A DNA stretch of 64,000 nucleotides, from the NCBI RefSeq assembly GCF_001194135.2, contig NC_068981.1, positions 20,469,580-20,533,579 on the forward strand. The letters are read 5' to 3'. Each line of letters begins with the position of its first letter. Within the stretch, counting starts at the first letter, position 1. The stretch is from Octopus bimaculoides (taxonomy: Eukaryota). The position numbers and the translations under genes were made by a program. Under the pieces are notes generated by a model. That model did no database searches, was not told the DNA's origin, and was given only the letters and a program-made list of their open reading frames with translations. Of the stretch, positions 25,143 through 37,349 are shown piece after piece.

Positions 25143-25298
25143 GGTGCAGGCATGGTTGTGTGGTAAGATGCTTACTTCCCAATCACATGGTTCCAGGTTC
25201 AGTTCTACTGCGTGGTACCTTGGCCAAGTGTCTTCTGCTATAGCCTCAGGCTAACCAAAGCATTGTGAGTGGCTTTGGTAGATGGAAACTGAAAGAAG

Positions 25299-25355
<57 letters not shown>

Positions 25356-25570
25356 CTGTGTCTGTCCCTCCACCATCGTTTGAAAACTGATGTTGGTGTC
25401 TTTACATCTGTGTAACATAGTGGTTCAGCAAAAGAGACTGACAGAGTAAGTACTAGGCGTACAAAGAATAAGTCCTGGGATCAATTTGTTTGAATAAAGG
25501 TGGTGCTCCAGCATGACTGCAGTCAAATGACTCAAACAAGAAAAAGAATTGAAGAAAAAAAGAAAAGAAT
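25143..25570 (+). mobile_element. Second, more diverged family-B SINE
   Basis: Colinear with 23975-24372. Confidence 0.8.
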
Positions 25571-26527
25571 ATTATTTTACTATTTACCCATAGATAGATA
25601 GTGTATTGTAATTATAATAACATGTATTTTTTAATAATATGAAAGAATGAAAGGGATATTTCTTATTTCGCCATGGGTTTTTTTTTTAACATTTTTTTTT
25701 TATATTCTTTTAAATATTGCACTTCGTATTTTTTTTTAAATCAATGTGCTAAAATATATTTAGATTAAAATACTTAATAGTATACAAATATATTCTATGG
25801 CTGTTATATTACTTTGTTTTTCATATTTTATTTTTGATCTTTGTTTTTGTTTTTAACTATTGATGCTCGTGCTTGAAAACATGAATATATTTAAATTCGG
25901 TCTTTTCTTGGATCTGTGAATCCTCATATATCAAAAATTACACTGTAGAGATTCTTACTCACACACAATGGATTTTTATAATTTTATTATGGATAAGAAT
26001 CAGCACAATTGTATGTGATTTGTATTTAATATTTATTATATTATATTATAAGAATATAATATAATATTATGTTAATAAATTTTAATTTTTGAATTGATAA
26101 TTGTATATCTCCATTTTCTTTCCATTTTTATAAATTTAATATACAACCATGTGAATTGTAAAGTTTTTCTTTATTAAATTGGGTATTAAATGGTTGAGCC
26201 AGTGAAAGATTAGATCTTTTCATCCCTATTTTCCTCGTATTTAAAATATGTGTGTGTATGTTGTGTGTGTGCATGTCTGTATCTCTTTTATATGTATGTA
26301 TGTGTGTGTGTATTCGTGGATGTTTGTGTGTATATATCTAGGTATATGTCTATATAACTCTATATCTATACATATGACNNNNNNNNNNNNNNNNNNNNNN
26401 NNNNNNNNNNNNNNNNNNNNNNNNNNNNNNNNNNNNNNNNNNNNNNNNNNNNNNNNNNNNNNNNNNNNNNNNNNNNNNNNNNNNNNNNNNNNNNNNNNNN
26501 NNNNNNNNNNNNNNNNNNNNNNNNNNN

Positions 26528-26818
26528 GCCAGTACCGCCTGACTGGCTCCCGTAGGATTTTCGAGCGAGATCGTTGCCAGTGTCCCTAGACTGGCTTGTG
26601 CAGGTGGCACATAAAAGACACCATTTCGAGCGTGGCCGTTTTCGTGCGGGTGACACGTAAAAGCACCCACTACACTCTCTGAGTGGTTGGCGTTAGGAAG
26701 GGCATCCAGCTGTAGAAACTCTGCCAAATTAGATTGGAGCCTGGTGTTGCCATCCGGTTTCACCAGCCCTCAGTCAAATCGTCCAACCCATGCTAGCATG
26801 GAAAGCGGACGTTAAACA

Positions 26819-26849
<31 letters not shown>

Positions 26850-26850
26850 C
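26528..26850 (+). mobile_element. Family-A (RTE-tail) element
   Basis: GCCAGT...GGTGGCAC subrepeats, GGTTGGCGTTAGGAAGGGCATCCAGC core, (GAT)n tail. Confidence 0.85.
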
Positions 26851-27288
26851 TAGGTGTGTGTCAGTCTTATGGCCATCAGTCTTTTGTCCCTGCCAAGGTT
26901 GGGGGTTTTATGTTTGTTGCTCTATGTTATATATATCATCACCCTTTCTTTCATTCCCCTCCCTAATATCTTTTATCAGCACATACACACACACACACAC
27001 ACACACGCACACACACACACACACACGCACACACACACACACAAGTTGGTCACCACTTGTCTTTTTTTTAATCTTTTTTATCTTAAAAAGTCTTAATGAC
27101 CTTAAATGCTGTGGTTTTATTCCTTCCTACTCCCCCACACACACACATCCTTCCTCCTCCTTTCACTAAATTTGTATGTCAATATGTATATGTATGTGTG
27201 TAGTTTATGTCTGTGTGTGTGCGTGTGTCTCTGTCTGTGTATATGTATCTATGTGCATTCCTATGTTTGTGTATCTGTTTATTATTTG

Positions 27289-27360
<72 letters not shown>

Positions 27361-27439
27361 TTTATTTATATATGTATGTGTGTGTGTTTATATATATAGA
27401 TATGTGTGTGTGTGTATATATATGAAGCACAACTTTCGA

Positions 27440-28246
27440 ACATTGGTCCTTACCAAGGCAATGACTAGTGAACAAGACCTTTGGAGATATGCTGTGCTTC
27501 AGAAGGCCTGACAAGCCAAGTAAGACCATGGCCCATGGCCTATGCTAGTGGGTGTAACCAACCCACTTAGGAATACTCCTCATTCATTGGACAATAAACT
27601 TTGCTTGCAAAGACTTATTGAGGCAAGTGAAATCAAAATCAAAATCACTGATGTGGCCGATGACAGTACCACCTGATTGGCACTCATGCCAGTGGAATGT
27701 TAAGAGTACATCTGAACGTAGGTTGTAACCAGCCCACTTATGAGTACTCCTCATTCATTGAACAATGAACTTTGTTTGCAAAGACCTATTGAGGCAAGTG
27801 AAATCAAAATCAAAATTGCTGACGTGACTGATGACAGTACCGCCTGGTTGGCACTTGTACCAGTAGAACGTTACAAGCACATTTGAGCGTGATCATTGCC
27901 ATGACCACGGATATGCTCCCGTACTGGTGGCACATGAAATGCACCATTCGAGTGTAATCGTTGCCAGTGTTGCCTTACCTGCACATGTGCAGGTGGCATG
28001 TGAAAAACAACATTCAACTGTGGTCATTACCAGTTCTGCCGGACTGGCCCCCATGCCAGTGTCACGTAAAAGCATCCACTACACTCTCGGAGTGGTTGGC
28101 ATTAGGAAGGGCATCCAGCTACAGAAACTTTGCAAGATCAGATTGAGCCTGGTGCAGGCTCTGACTCACCAGTCTTCAGTCAAACCGTCCAACCCATGAC
28201 AGCATGGAAAGTGGACGTTAAACGATGATGATGGTGATGATGATGA

Positions 28247-28250
<4 letters not shown>
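27440..28250 (+). mobile_element. Longer family-A element (RTE LINE 3' end and 3' UTR with internal tandem subrepeats)
   Basis: Begins with an RTE C-terminus-like frame (KAMTSEQDLWRYAVLQK). ~180-bp internal duplication (27545 vs 27726). (GAT)n tail. Confidence 0.8.
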
Positions 28251-28281
<31 letters not shown>

Positions 28282-28857
28282 TAAAAATGTAGAGACTCTC
28301 AACACGACCGATCTTTATTCCATTTATTTAATTATTTACCATTCGATGTCAATATGCTATATTGGTAACGATTACAAAATTTACTGGAAAATTATATATA
28401 TATATATATACATATAATTAATATAGACAGCAGTCTGCAATGTTTTACCAGAAAAGTAAAACTGTAACTGTCAGTAGATTGCTAGAAATAAGAGCTATAT
28501 ATATATATATAACAACAGATGGATAATGGTTCATTCACTACAGCTGTTTCCAACGAATTTTTTAATTGATGAACAGAGATATTACATCATATGGAAAAAG
28601 TTTTCATCAAGTGAATATATATGAATTACACATTTAAAATGTACTCTATTGACTTTCTCATTGGTAATACCTTTCCCTATATATTATGCACAAAGTAATT
28701 ATTTTCCCAAATAAATTACACTTCATATTTGAGGCTCTGATGAAACTATAAGGTGTTATTCAGACATTCAACTATGAGTCCACTGCATTTTATAGCAGAA
28801 ACAACTGTAAGCTAATGAAGTTCATAACATATTCGTTTTTTCCTATGTCATCTCATT

Positions 28858-28892
<35 letters not shown>

Positions 28893-28897
<5 letters not shown>

Positions 28898-29090
28898 GTA
28901 AAAATATGTGACACTTATTCGGTAGCCATGATAAAACTCCGAGTTTCAGATGCCGGGGTGGGAGCCCACCCCAACATCTTTTCAGTTGTTGACCATTGAA
29001 AATTCCTGTTGGCGTGGGCTCCCACCCCGGCATCCAAAACTCGGAGTTTTATCATGGCTACCGAATAAGTGTCACATATTTTTACAGATA
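28893..29090. mobile_element. ~200-bp foldback MITE with ~77-bp TIRs at the edge of a (TA)n tract
   Basis: TATCTGTAAAAATATGTGACACTTATTCGGTAGCC...GGGAGCCCAC (28893-28969) is the reverse complement of 29014-29090 with 2 mismatches. TA at both ends. Confidence 0.9.
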
Positions 29091-29379
29091 AATTCCTCTA
29101 TTTACATAATATTGAGGTCTCTTTCTTTCTTTTGTTGTCCTTCCTATTAATATATATATATATATATATATATGAGAGGTATTGGTATCCAGAAGACCCA
29201 AGGTGGCAGGTAACACTATGTAAGTGCTATGGGAGGACCATAGTTAAACTCTTGGTTTGATAGTGATACAAGTGAGGAGTCTAATGCAGGTCTTGTATGA
29301 GCATGTATATGTTAAATAAAATGAGACAACAAAGCCAAGGCTGTGTGGAATTTGTAGGACATTTATAAAGGGAAAGGTA

Positions 29380-29427
29380 GTCTTACAGATGTTTCCGGGA
29401 TATTAGGGATATCCCTTCGTCAGAGAC
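29380..29427 (-). ncRNA. Minimal type-I hammerhead ribozyme motif in a Penelope-like terminal repeat (slightly decayed)
   Basis: Minus strand reads GUCU-CUGACGA-A-GGGAUAU-CCCUA-AUAUCCC-G-GAAA-CAUCUG-UA-AGAC: stem I 4 bp, core CUGANGA, stem II 7 bp, GAAA, near-palindromic stem III (CAGCUG expected), GUA cleavage triplet. Confidence 0.7.
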
Positions 29428-31096
29428 GATGTGAGATGGTTAAATAGAGGGAAATATTAGAGTTCAATATAGGAGTTATTTTGGAAAAGGAAACAAATAG
29501 GGAGTGTATAGGGAAATAGGAGAATGAATGTAGAAATAAAAATGTATAAAGATGTTATATATATTATGTTGTGTCTTATTTCAGTAGCAGCTTACCTACC
29601 TTAGCAGTAGCGGGAATAACAGTAATACCTCTGGAATGAGGGGCATTAACATCTGTAGCCACAATGATGCAAATGCAACACATCTTCCTTTTCTTTGGTT
29701 CTTATACTACTTGAGATGATTTAAATCCTCACTCAAATTCAATTGATCATACTACTTTTATATTATCTAGCAATACCTCTAAGGTTGTGGATTCTAATAC
29801 TGATCTTCAAAGCACTGTTATTCTTCATCTCAATTGCTTTAGCCCTGGAATGAATACTATCTAAAACAACCATTATTGATTAGGTTTATATGTATGTATG
29901 TGTGTGTGTATTCGTGGATGTTTGTGTGTATATATCTAGGTATATGTCTATATAACTCTATATCTATACATATGACTACTGACCGAGACCTTTGGAAATG
30001 TGCTGTGCGTGAGAAGACCCGGCAAGCCAAGTAAGATCGCCTAACTTCCCTTTGACCATCAAATAGTAGAGATACTAACACCTCTATTCCTGCTCCTGGG
30101 ATAAACCATTGTCTTGACCAATATAGGACACAAATAGAGCAAAAGCGCACTCATAGTGGGAATATCTGTAATTATCTCTCAACTCTGTCCATTAAATGGG
30201 TTTTGCTTGTCCTGTAATATGATATATAAATGTTTTGTCACAACTCCATCTTTTCACCAAACTAAGATCTACACAGGGGAAACAATTGACTTAAAGTGAT
30301 ACTATGTTACTCACCTCATCTCCTTCTCAAATAGGATCTTTAAACAATCTATTTCCCTAGCCATCTACATGCATCACCTCAAGTCCCAGAGTATGCCTTA
30401 TACTTTATCATGATTTATAGTTTATGGTGGAACCCCATACACTGCTAACCTTCATGTTTGTAAATTATGTTACTGAGAATCACTCACAATATTATGCCAA
30501 AATCTGACATCTTTATTTAATTAATTTTCTGATGTAATCTTCTCTTCCAGGTACAAATTCTATAACACCTTTGCTCATTATGAACAATTATAATTTCTCC
30601 ATGTCCTTTGTCTTAGCTAAAATGCTATTTTTCATTAACATTTTTTTTTCCTACTACTCCCACTCCCTTACCTCAATGCTTAATTTTCTCGTGCCTCTGT
30701 GTCCATTACCTCTGATGTTCTTAACTGCTTTATTGTCTGAGAACAACTTTGAGCCCCTGTTAGGTTAAGTGACTACACTTTCTTTTGGTCAGCTATTAAC
30801 TATGTCTTCTTTATATCTGGTCTTTGTCAGGTTGTATCTTCATCCTGTCTTGCCTCTTAACTACCTCAACTCTCCCATTATTTCAATCTACTTCCCCCAG
30901 TCATATTCCTTTCTCTTCTCCTTAAGCATTTATATTTGTAAACACTACTAGATAGCTTGCATTTACCGCTCTACTCTTGAAAGGGGTGGTACTTTAACAA
31001 TTTCATCTAGTCTTCTCACTGGAAACACACCTATGACATCATGCACATATATATTAATATAGTTATTATGTACATTAAAGACTCTTGGCTGTTGAG

Positions 31097-32098
31097 ATAA
31101 GACATTACATAAATTTCTTTTACCTTTGTATATATTTTTCTTTTCTGCATTTTGTACTCCATGTAAATATATGTCTCAAACCTGTGTTTATCTACTCTAC
31201 TGCCTCTATATTGATAAGTTATTTTACTACACCTGTTTTCAGATACCATTAATAGAAGCCATTTTGATCATTCTCCCAAAGAACAGATAAATTTTAACAA
31301 AAATATCACAGAACTCAAACCTTTAATGAAAAGACAGAAACGCCATGGTGAAACATTATTTCCTTTACCACCTAGATTGGTTTTGCTGGCAGTGGTCTAT
31401 CTCAAACAGGTTTTCCATCAAATCAATATTAGTGCTTATCATAGTGTAACCCTGTCTTGTGATAATGTTATATCCAGAGCTATCTATGATGAATTCCCAA
31501 TGGCCATCCTGTTCTGGGAATTTAATGACCAACCTTTTAATATTGATCCATCTTCCATGCTTTATAAATCCATATCTAATGAATTGGTCCTCATCTCAGC
31601 ACAACCAAAGAACAGTGGTGTTTATACATGTCAAATGACACAGAATTTCCAGTGGGTTCAAGTGGTGGATGTGTTTGTCCTACAGGTATATTCAGAAGAA
31701 GTAAAAACATATTACAAAGAGAAAACCAAACTGCGTTTGAGCTGCCATGGTGAGGCACTAATGGAAATATTTCCTGGTGTGAAAAGGATATGGTATCGTA
31801 ATAATACTGCGGTATATATTAATGATAATGTTCAATCAGATGTTGTTGATATCCCTTCAGAAAAGGTGAGATACTAATTTTTAATAGGGTTTAACCTCAT
31901 AGCCTCATAGCAAATAACCACCACTGTCATCAGTGATTTCATCATCATCCTAATCATTATCATTTTCTTGATCATCATCACTAACATCTTCAGGTATGCA
32001 TTTCTGTGTATTATATTTGTGTCTATTTTATGTTAACAAGTGTATGCATGTAAGGGCACCTGTGTATGTAAGTGCATGTGTATGCATGTGAAGTGCAC

Positions 32099-32189
<91 letters not shown>

Positions 32190-32494
32190 CTTGTGTATGT
32201 GTCTGTGTAGATGGAATTGTTGCTTCCTCACAATGCTCTTCTTACCATTAATATAGTTTGTACTTCATGTTTCAGTTACATGACTATGATCAATGGCAAT
32301 GTTGTATTGTTCAAGGTCACAGACACTGGATTACAGCAAACTATACACTTTTATTGATGCCATCCATCCCATTTACAATGTCTACAGTCTCCCTAGTAGC
32401 TCTACTACTCTCGTCTGCCATTCTAGTGGCTTTCATCACTTTAACTGTCTGCTTCAGTGTTCGCAAGAGAAAAAAAACTGAAATAAAAGATTGA
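31097..32494 (+). CDS. Gene C: paralogue of gene B, two Ig-like domains + TM + 10-aa basic tail
   Basis: Exon 31243-31865 (acceptor CTGTTTTCAG|, donor AAG|GTGAGA, phase 1->0) has RQKR, Ig1 VTLSC...LFWEFN...NSGVYTC and the first half of Ig2 LRLSC...RIWYRN. Exon 32276-32494 (acceptor TGTTTCAG|, phase 0) has QWQCC...HWIT, TM VSLVALLLSSAILVAFITLTVCFSV and tail RKRKKTEIKD*. A candidate signal-peptide exon ~31097-31162 (KFLLPLYIFFFSAFCTP, phase-1 donor T|GTAAAT) is less certain; the start codon was not located. Confidence 0.85.
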
Positions 32495-32989
32495 AGTATT
32501 TGAAGAATTGGATGTCTTACTGATGGCTTTTGTTCCTGATAATAGTTGATTCAAATTTTAGGCAGATGAGGGAGACACGTGCACACATTCACACACACAC
32601 ACACACACACATACACGCATTCACGCACACATACACACACTTCCATGGTTGTTATACTAATGGCAGGATTGAATCATTTCTTGACTCTTCTAGTGAGCCA
32701 TAGTAAAACTATATTGCATTGATTGGCACCACATCTTGCTCCCATTACTGTAGTAACTGAACCCAGTCATTTCTCAAAAATTCTATCTATATTGCCAGAG
32801 CAATAAGGAAGCAGTTGTAATTGGTAAAGAGGCAGATTGTTTATTTCCATAGTTGAATGCTACACTTTTTTGTGTTCAAACTCTGCTAAAACTTTGTTTT
32901 ATTCTTTTTTTTTTGTTTCTTTGTTTTGTCTTTTTTGTTTTAGTTTTGTCAATTTTGTGTTTGTTGGAGGGTACAGGTAAAAGTAAGAG

Positions 32990-33225
32990 TCAAGTCATAT
33001 AGACTTTTAAGGGTTGGTTTTCTGGTTTCATGGTGTATATATTCCCCACCTGGACAGGACGCTGGTCTGTCACAGAATTACTCATTATTGCCAGCTGAAG
33101 GGACTGGAGCAATGTGAAAAGAAGTGTTTGCTCAAAAACACAACATGGCACCTGGTACAGGAATCGAAACCAAAATCTTACAATCATGAGTCTAACACCC
33201 TGACCACTAAGCCACATGCCTCCAC
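32990..33225 (-). mobile_element. tRNA-derived SINE-like element (family E)
   Basis: Minus-strand head GGCATGTGGCTTAGTGGTCAGGGTGTTAGACTCATGATTG...GGTTTCGATTCC; related to 5095-5325. Confidence 0.65.
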
Positions 33226-34426
33226 AGCAGGGTGCAGGTGGGTCAACAGTTACCAGTTATATATTGTAGTGATATCAGTTGTGCATAGTCAAAAGAACAG
33301 TTAGACCAAACATGACAAGCTCACTACACTGGAACTCCACTTTAGGCAAAACTGATTGAAGTAACTGAACTTTCCCCTGAGAAAAGAACAGCCATGTATG
33401 GTAGTGCTTGCATTTGGAAACTCATATTTATGAGGCTGCATACAGTGATTCAGGCTGCTCCAAACAGCAGTCAAATCTCCCTCTAATTTCCCCCTACCGT
33501 TTTAATAAAGATATGTTGGATAATATAGTTCTAATCAAAGCATGACTGAAAAAAAGAAGGATGGACATGGTTAGAACATCTTTGATCATAGGTCTACTAC
33601 AACCACAAGAAGAATAACAACAACTCTCTACACCCAAATATATTTTAATATACAATGTCATAAAATAATTTTCACACATATATTATTATTATGAAGCCAA
33701 AGATACACCTTAAGGAAATATTTGGATACACTACCAAGTCCCATAATCACTTGATGAGTTAACTCTCTTTTCAAACATACTCTAGTATCTTGTCACAAAC
33801 ACTGAGTACAGAATAGTAAATCTTGTCTATTCTCCTGAAAATATCTAAGTACAGCCAATTCAGTTTTGGCTCTGTTTTTGTTTAACTGAAGTGAAATGCT
33901 TGCAAAAGAGACATACATCTATTACAACTCTTTGGTATATTTCCCTGACAATTAACTTTAATATATATTGAAAACATTCTTATATCAAAGATTCTCATTC
34001 ATATTTATCTTTCAAGAATAGAACCAGTGTGAAATTTTGTAAGATTGCAAGCCTTAACTAACATATATAAATTCTTGATTCCAAACCTGAAAGATTTTCT
34101 TTTAAGGATATTTCAAAAGGATATTTCAAAGATAACAGTAGTAAGATATTAAGATAAATTAATATCACAAAGCTTTATTTAATTCATTTTCTCAAATGCA
34201 TAATAAAAAAAAATGAAAAATAAAAGTAACTGTTTACATCAAAATGCATTTTATTTTTTTTATTTTAATCTTGAAGCGAAAATAGTTTTTAAATCATTAC
34301 AAAATTTACTCTATACATTTAATTAACAAAAAATAGTTATGAAGTGAAATTTTCAGTGGAATAATGTTAAGAGTAAACAATATTTTATTAAGAAAAAAAT
34401 TTTTAAACAATTTCTTTGATTTTTAC

Positions 34427-36005
34427 TTAGAAAAGTTTCTCAAATAGTTCTTCCACATCATCTCCGTTAGGTGTTCCTTCTGTGGTTTGTAATTTCAATG
34501 AAAAGATAAAATGTGAAAGTAATATATATATACACATAGTTAAATTTATAAAGATTAAGTATAGCATATGAATATACTGATGTCTTTCAATAATCAGTAC
34601 CAAATTAAGAAAATGCAGTCATACCATACAGGGTGTCCACAAAGTCTGGGTACATGGGATTAACACATACTTTAAGAAATTATTATTTCTTATATTCAAT
34701 TGTTTATGTTATGATTTTATTTGCTCTCTGTACCCACATGGGGATTAACACATACTTTAAGAAATTATTTCTTATATTTAATTGATTATGTCATAATTTT
34801 ATTTACTCCATGTACCCAGACTTTGTGGACACCCTGTAGTACAGATATTTGAAATACTTTTCTGATAACTTTTGTCATTTGTATATATGATAAATTCATT
34901 CAAGGGGTTCCAGTCAGTTTTATATCATCAAAATATCTGTATTAAATCAGATACTATATTGGAAATAAACTTCAGAAATGTAATTTATACAAAATTTTTA
35001 CATTTTTGTAAGCTAGTCTAAATGAAAAGACAGAGAAAAGAGTGAAGCACATAGACAATGGAAGATTTTGACAGTTAGAAACTGAGTATTAAATGAAAAA
35101 AAGGACTCCTTACATGTGTAAAGTAAAATGATATAAATAATTTTATAGTGATTTTAAGTTATGCTGGTAGTTGACATTATCAGATTACAAAAGTACTCTA
35201 CTCTGCTTATACCATTTATACATTGGAGTTTTTCAATGGCTTGATTTGATATGGGGTAAGCAGTACACATTTGAAATACATGGGTTAGATTTTTAGAAGG
35301 TTGCAAACTACTTTAGTTTGAAATGATGTACATAGTTAAATAGGGGAGAAGGAGGAGGGGGAGAAAATGGTTATTTTAAGGAGATACATAAACTCGTGTG
35401 TGTGTATGCATGTGCATGCACATGCACATATGTCATCTTCATAATTTTAATGTCCACTTTTCCATGCTTGCATGAGTCAGATGGAATTTGCGGAAGCAGA
35501 TATTCTATGGTCACCTGTTTCCACACAAAGTAATATTTTCCCTTGGCCATATTATACTTTTCACAAATGACTGAAAATTAAACAATACCACTTGCATGAC
35601 ATAGATGGTTATTTACAACTATCACATGAAGTCAAGGCAAGGGTACACACACACACGCACATGCTCACACACACATACACACACAATGGGTGGTTGGCCT
35701 GGGGCTATAGTAGAAGACACTTAGCCAAGGTACCACACAAAGGATTGACCCTGAAATTAAATGGTTAGGAAACAAGCTTCTTGACCACATGATAAGCACT
35801 GTTTATTGGGAACATTTTACACTAAAGACAAGCATATGGCAATGCATAACAAGGTACAATAGCATACAGTTTGAGAAAATTCAAATTGTCCATTTGTTGG
35901 ACAAAATCAATTAAAACAACCTGCATGTGTGCATGTATGTGAGTGTGTGTCACTGAAGCCATTCATACATATATACATAAATAAATAAACTGAATGATAA
36001 ATTTC

Positions 36006-36045
<40 letters not shown>

Positions 36046-37231
36046 CTCTCTTTCTTTCTTTCTTTCTCTCTCTCTCTTTCTTTCTTTCTCTCTCTCTCTC
36101 ATATACGCATACACCATCAACATTACTCTCTCTGTCGCGCACACTTCATCAAACATACACACTCACACACACAGACATACGCACACACATCAATTCTCCC
36201 CTCTCACCACAACTTCAAAAGAAGTTCAGTCATAAAACTGTCCATATCTCTTCATTCGACACCCACTTCAAAAGATCGCCTTTCCTTTTCACTTGTCCGG
36301 CCATTGATCGGGAGATAAAACACAATCCAACTCCTGCTAAATGCAAAAATCCCACCAAAAATACACACACACAAACACACAAACGGACATTTCATGTCTT
36401 TCAGCTTCTCTATGATTATACACGTGTTGCAAACAATAGCTCTTACATACATTTTAATCTTCAACAGGTATGTATCAATTTCTATAATATAAATTGTTTT
36501 TCTATAAGCATATAACAATTACTTATTCCATAGTTTACTTAGCTTTTCTCTTCACTTTTCTTAAATTGGATATGTCTGCTATTAATTCTTACATACAATT
36601 TCCCCATTAATTCTTACAGCTTCATTTTCTGTTCAAGCAATTCTTAACGTCAACTTCTTAACATAATACGCAGAATTCTCGCATTAATACAGTAGGGTGT
36701 TTGAGGGAGATTTGGCCACTATTTCCACCAGGTCTACCCACCAAGTCTGAACTTATTTTTCATTCACAGATTTGCATTTCAAACATTTAACATAATCTTT
36801 TCCATAAATCAACTATCGTAAATATTTTCTAACATGACGTCACATGCAATTACCCTTTCTTCTGCCATTAACACCAGCTGCTCACACACCTTACAGTTTC
36901 TCATTCAAACTACATAATACATAGAATTCTCACATTAATACAGTAGAGGTATTTTGAGAGGGATTTGCCTGCTATTTCTACCAGGTCTACCTACCATGTA
37001 GAGGTCTGAACTTCTTTTCCATTTACAGATTTGCATTTCAAACATTTAACATAATTTTTTCCATACATCAACTATCATAAAAATTTTCTACCATGTCCTC
37101 ACATTTTTTATGTAAATCGAAACGAGACACGAAATGATCAGGTTGAGAAACGGTGTTATAGATTATGCCTAACTGAAAACAATCTCACAGCCACATCATC
37201 CAAACAGACTGTGTGAAACCGGGTTTAGCTG

Positions 37232-37266
<35 letters not shown>

Positions 37267-37315
37267 TGTCCAACCCATGCTAGCATGGAAAGCGGACGTT
37301 AAATGATGATGATGA

Positions 37316-37349
<34 letters not shown>

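Noticed and set aside
29580-30950. Possible Penelope/LINE reverse-transcriptase relic next to the hammerhead repeat
   Set aside because: Only faint motif echoes in frames with many stops; cannot be supported without an alignment.
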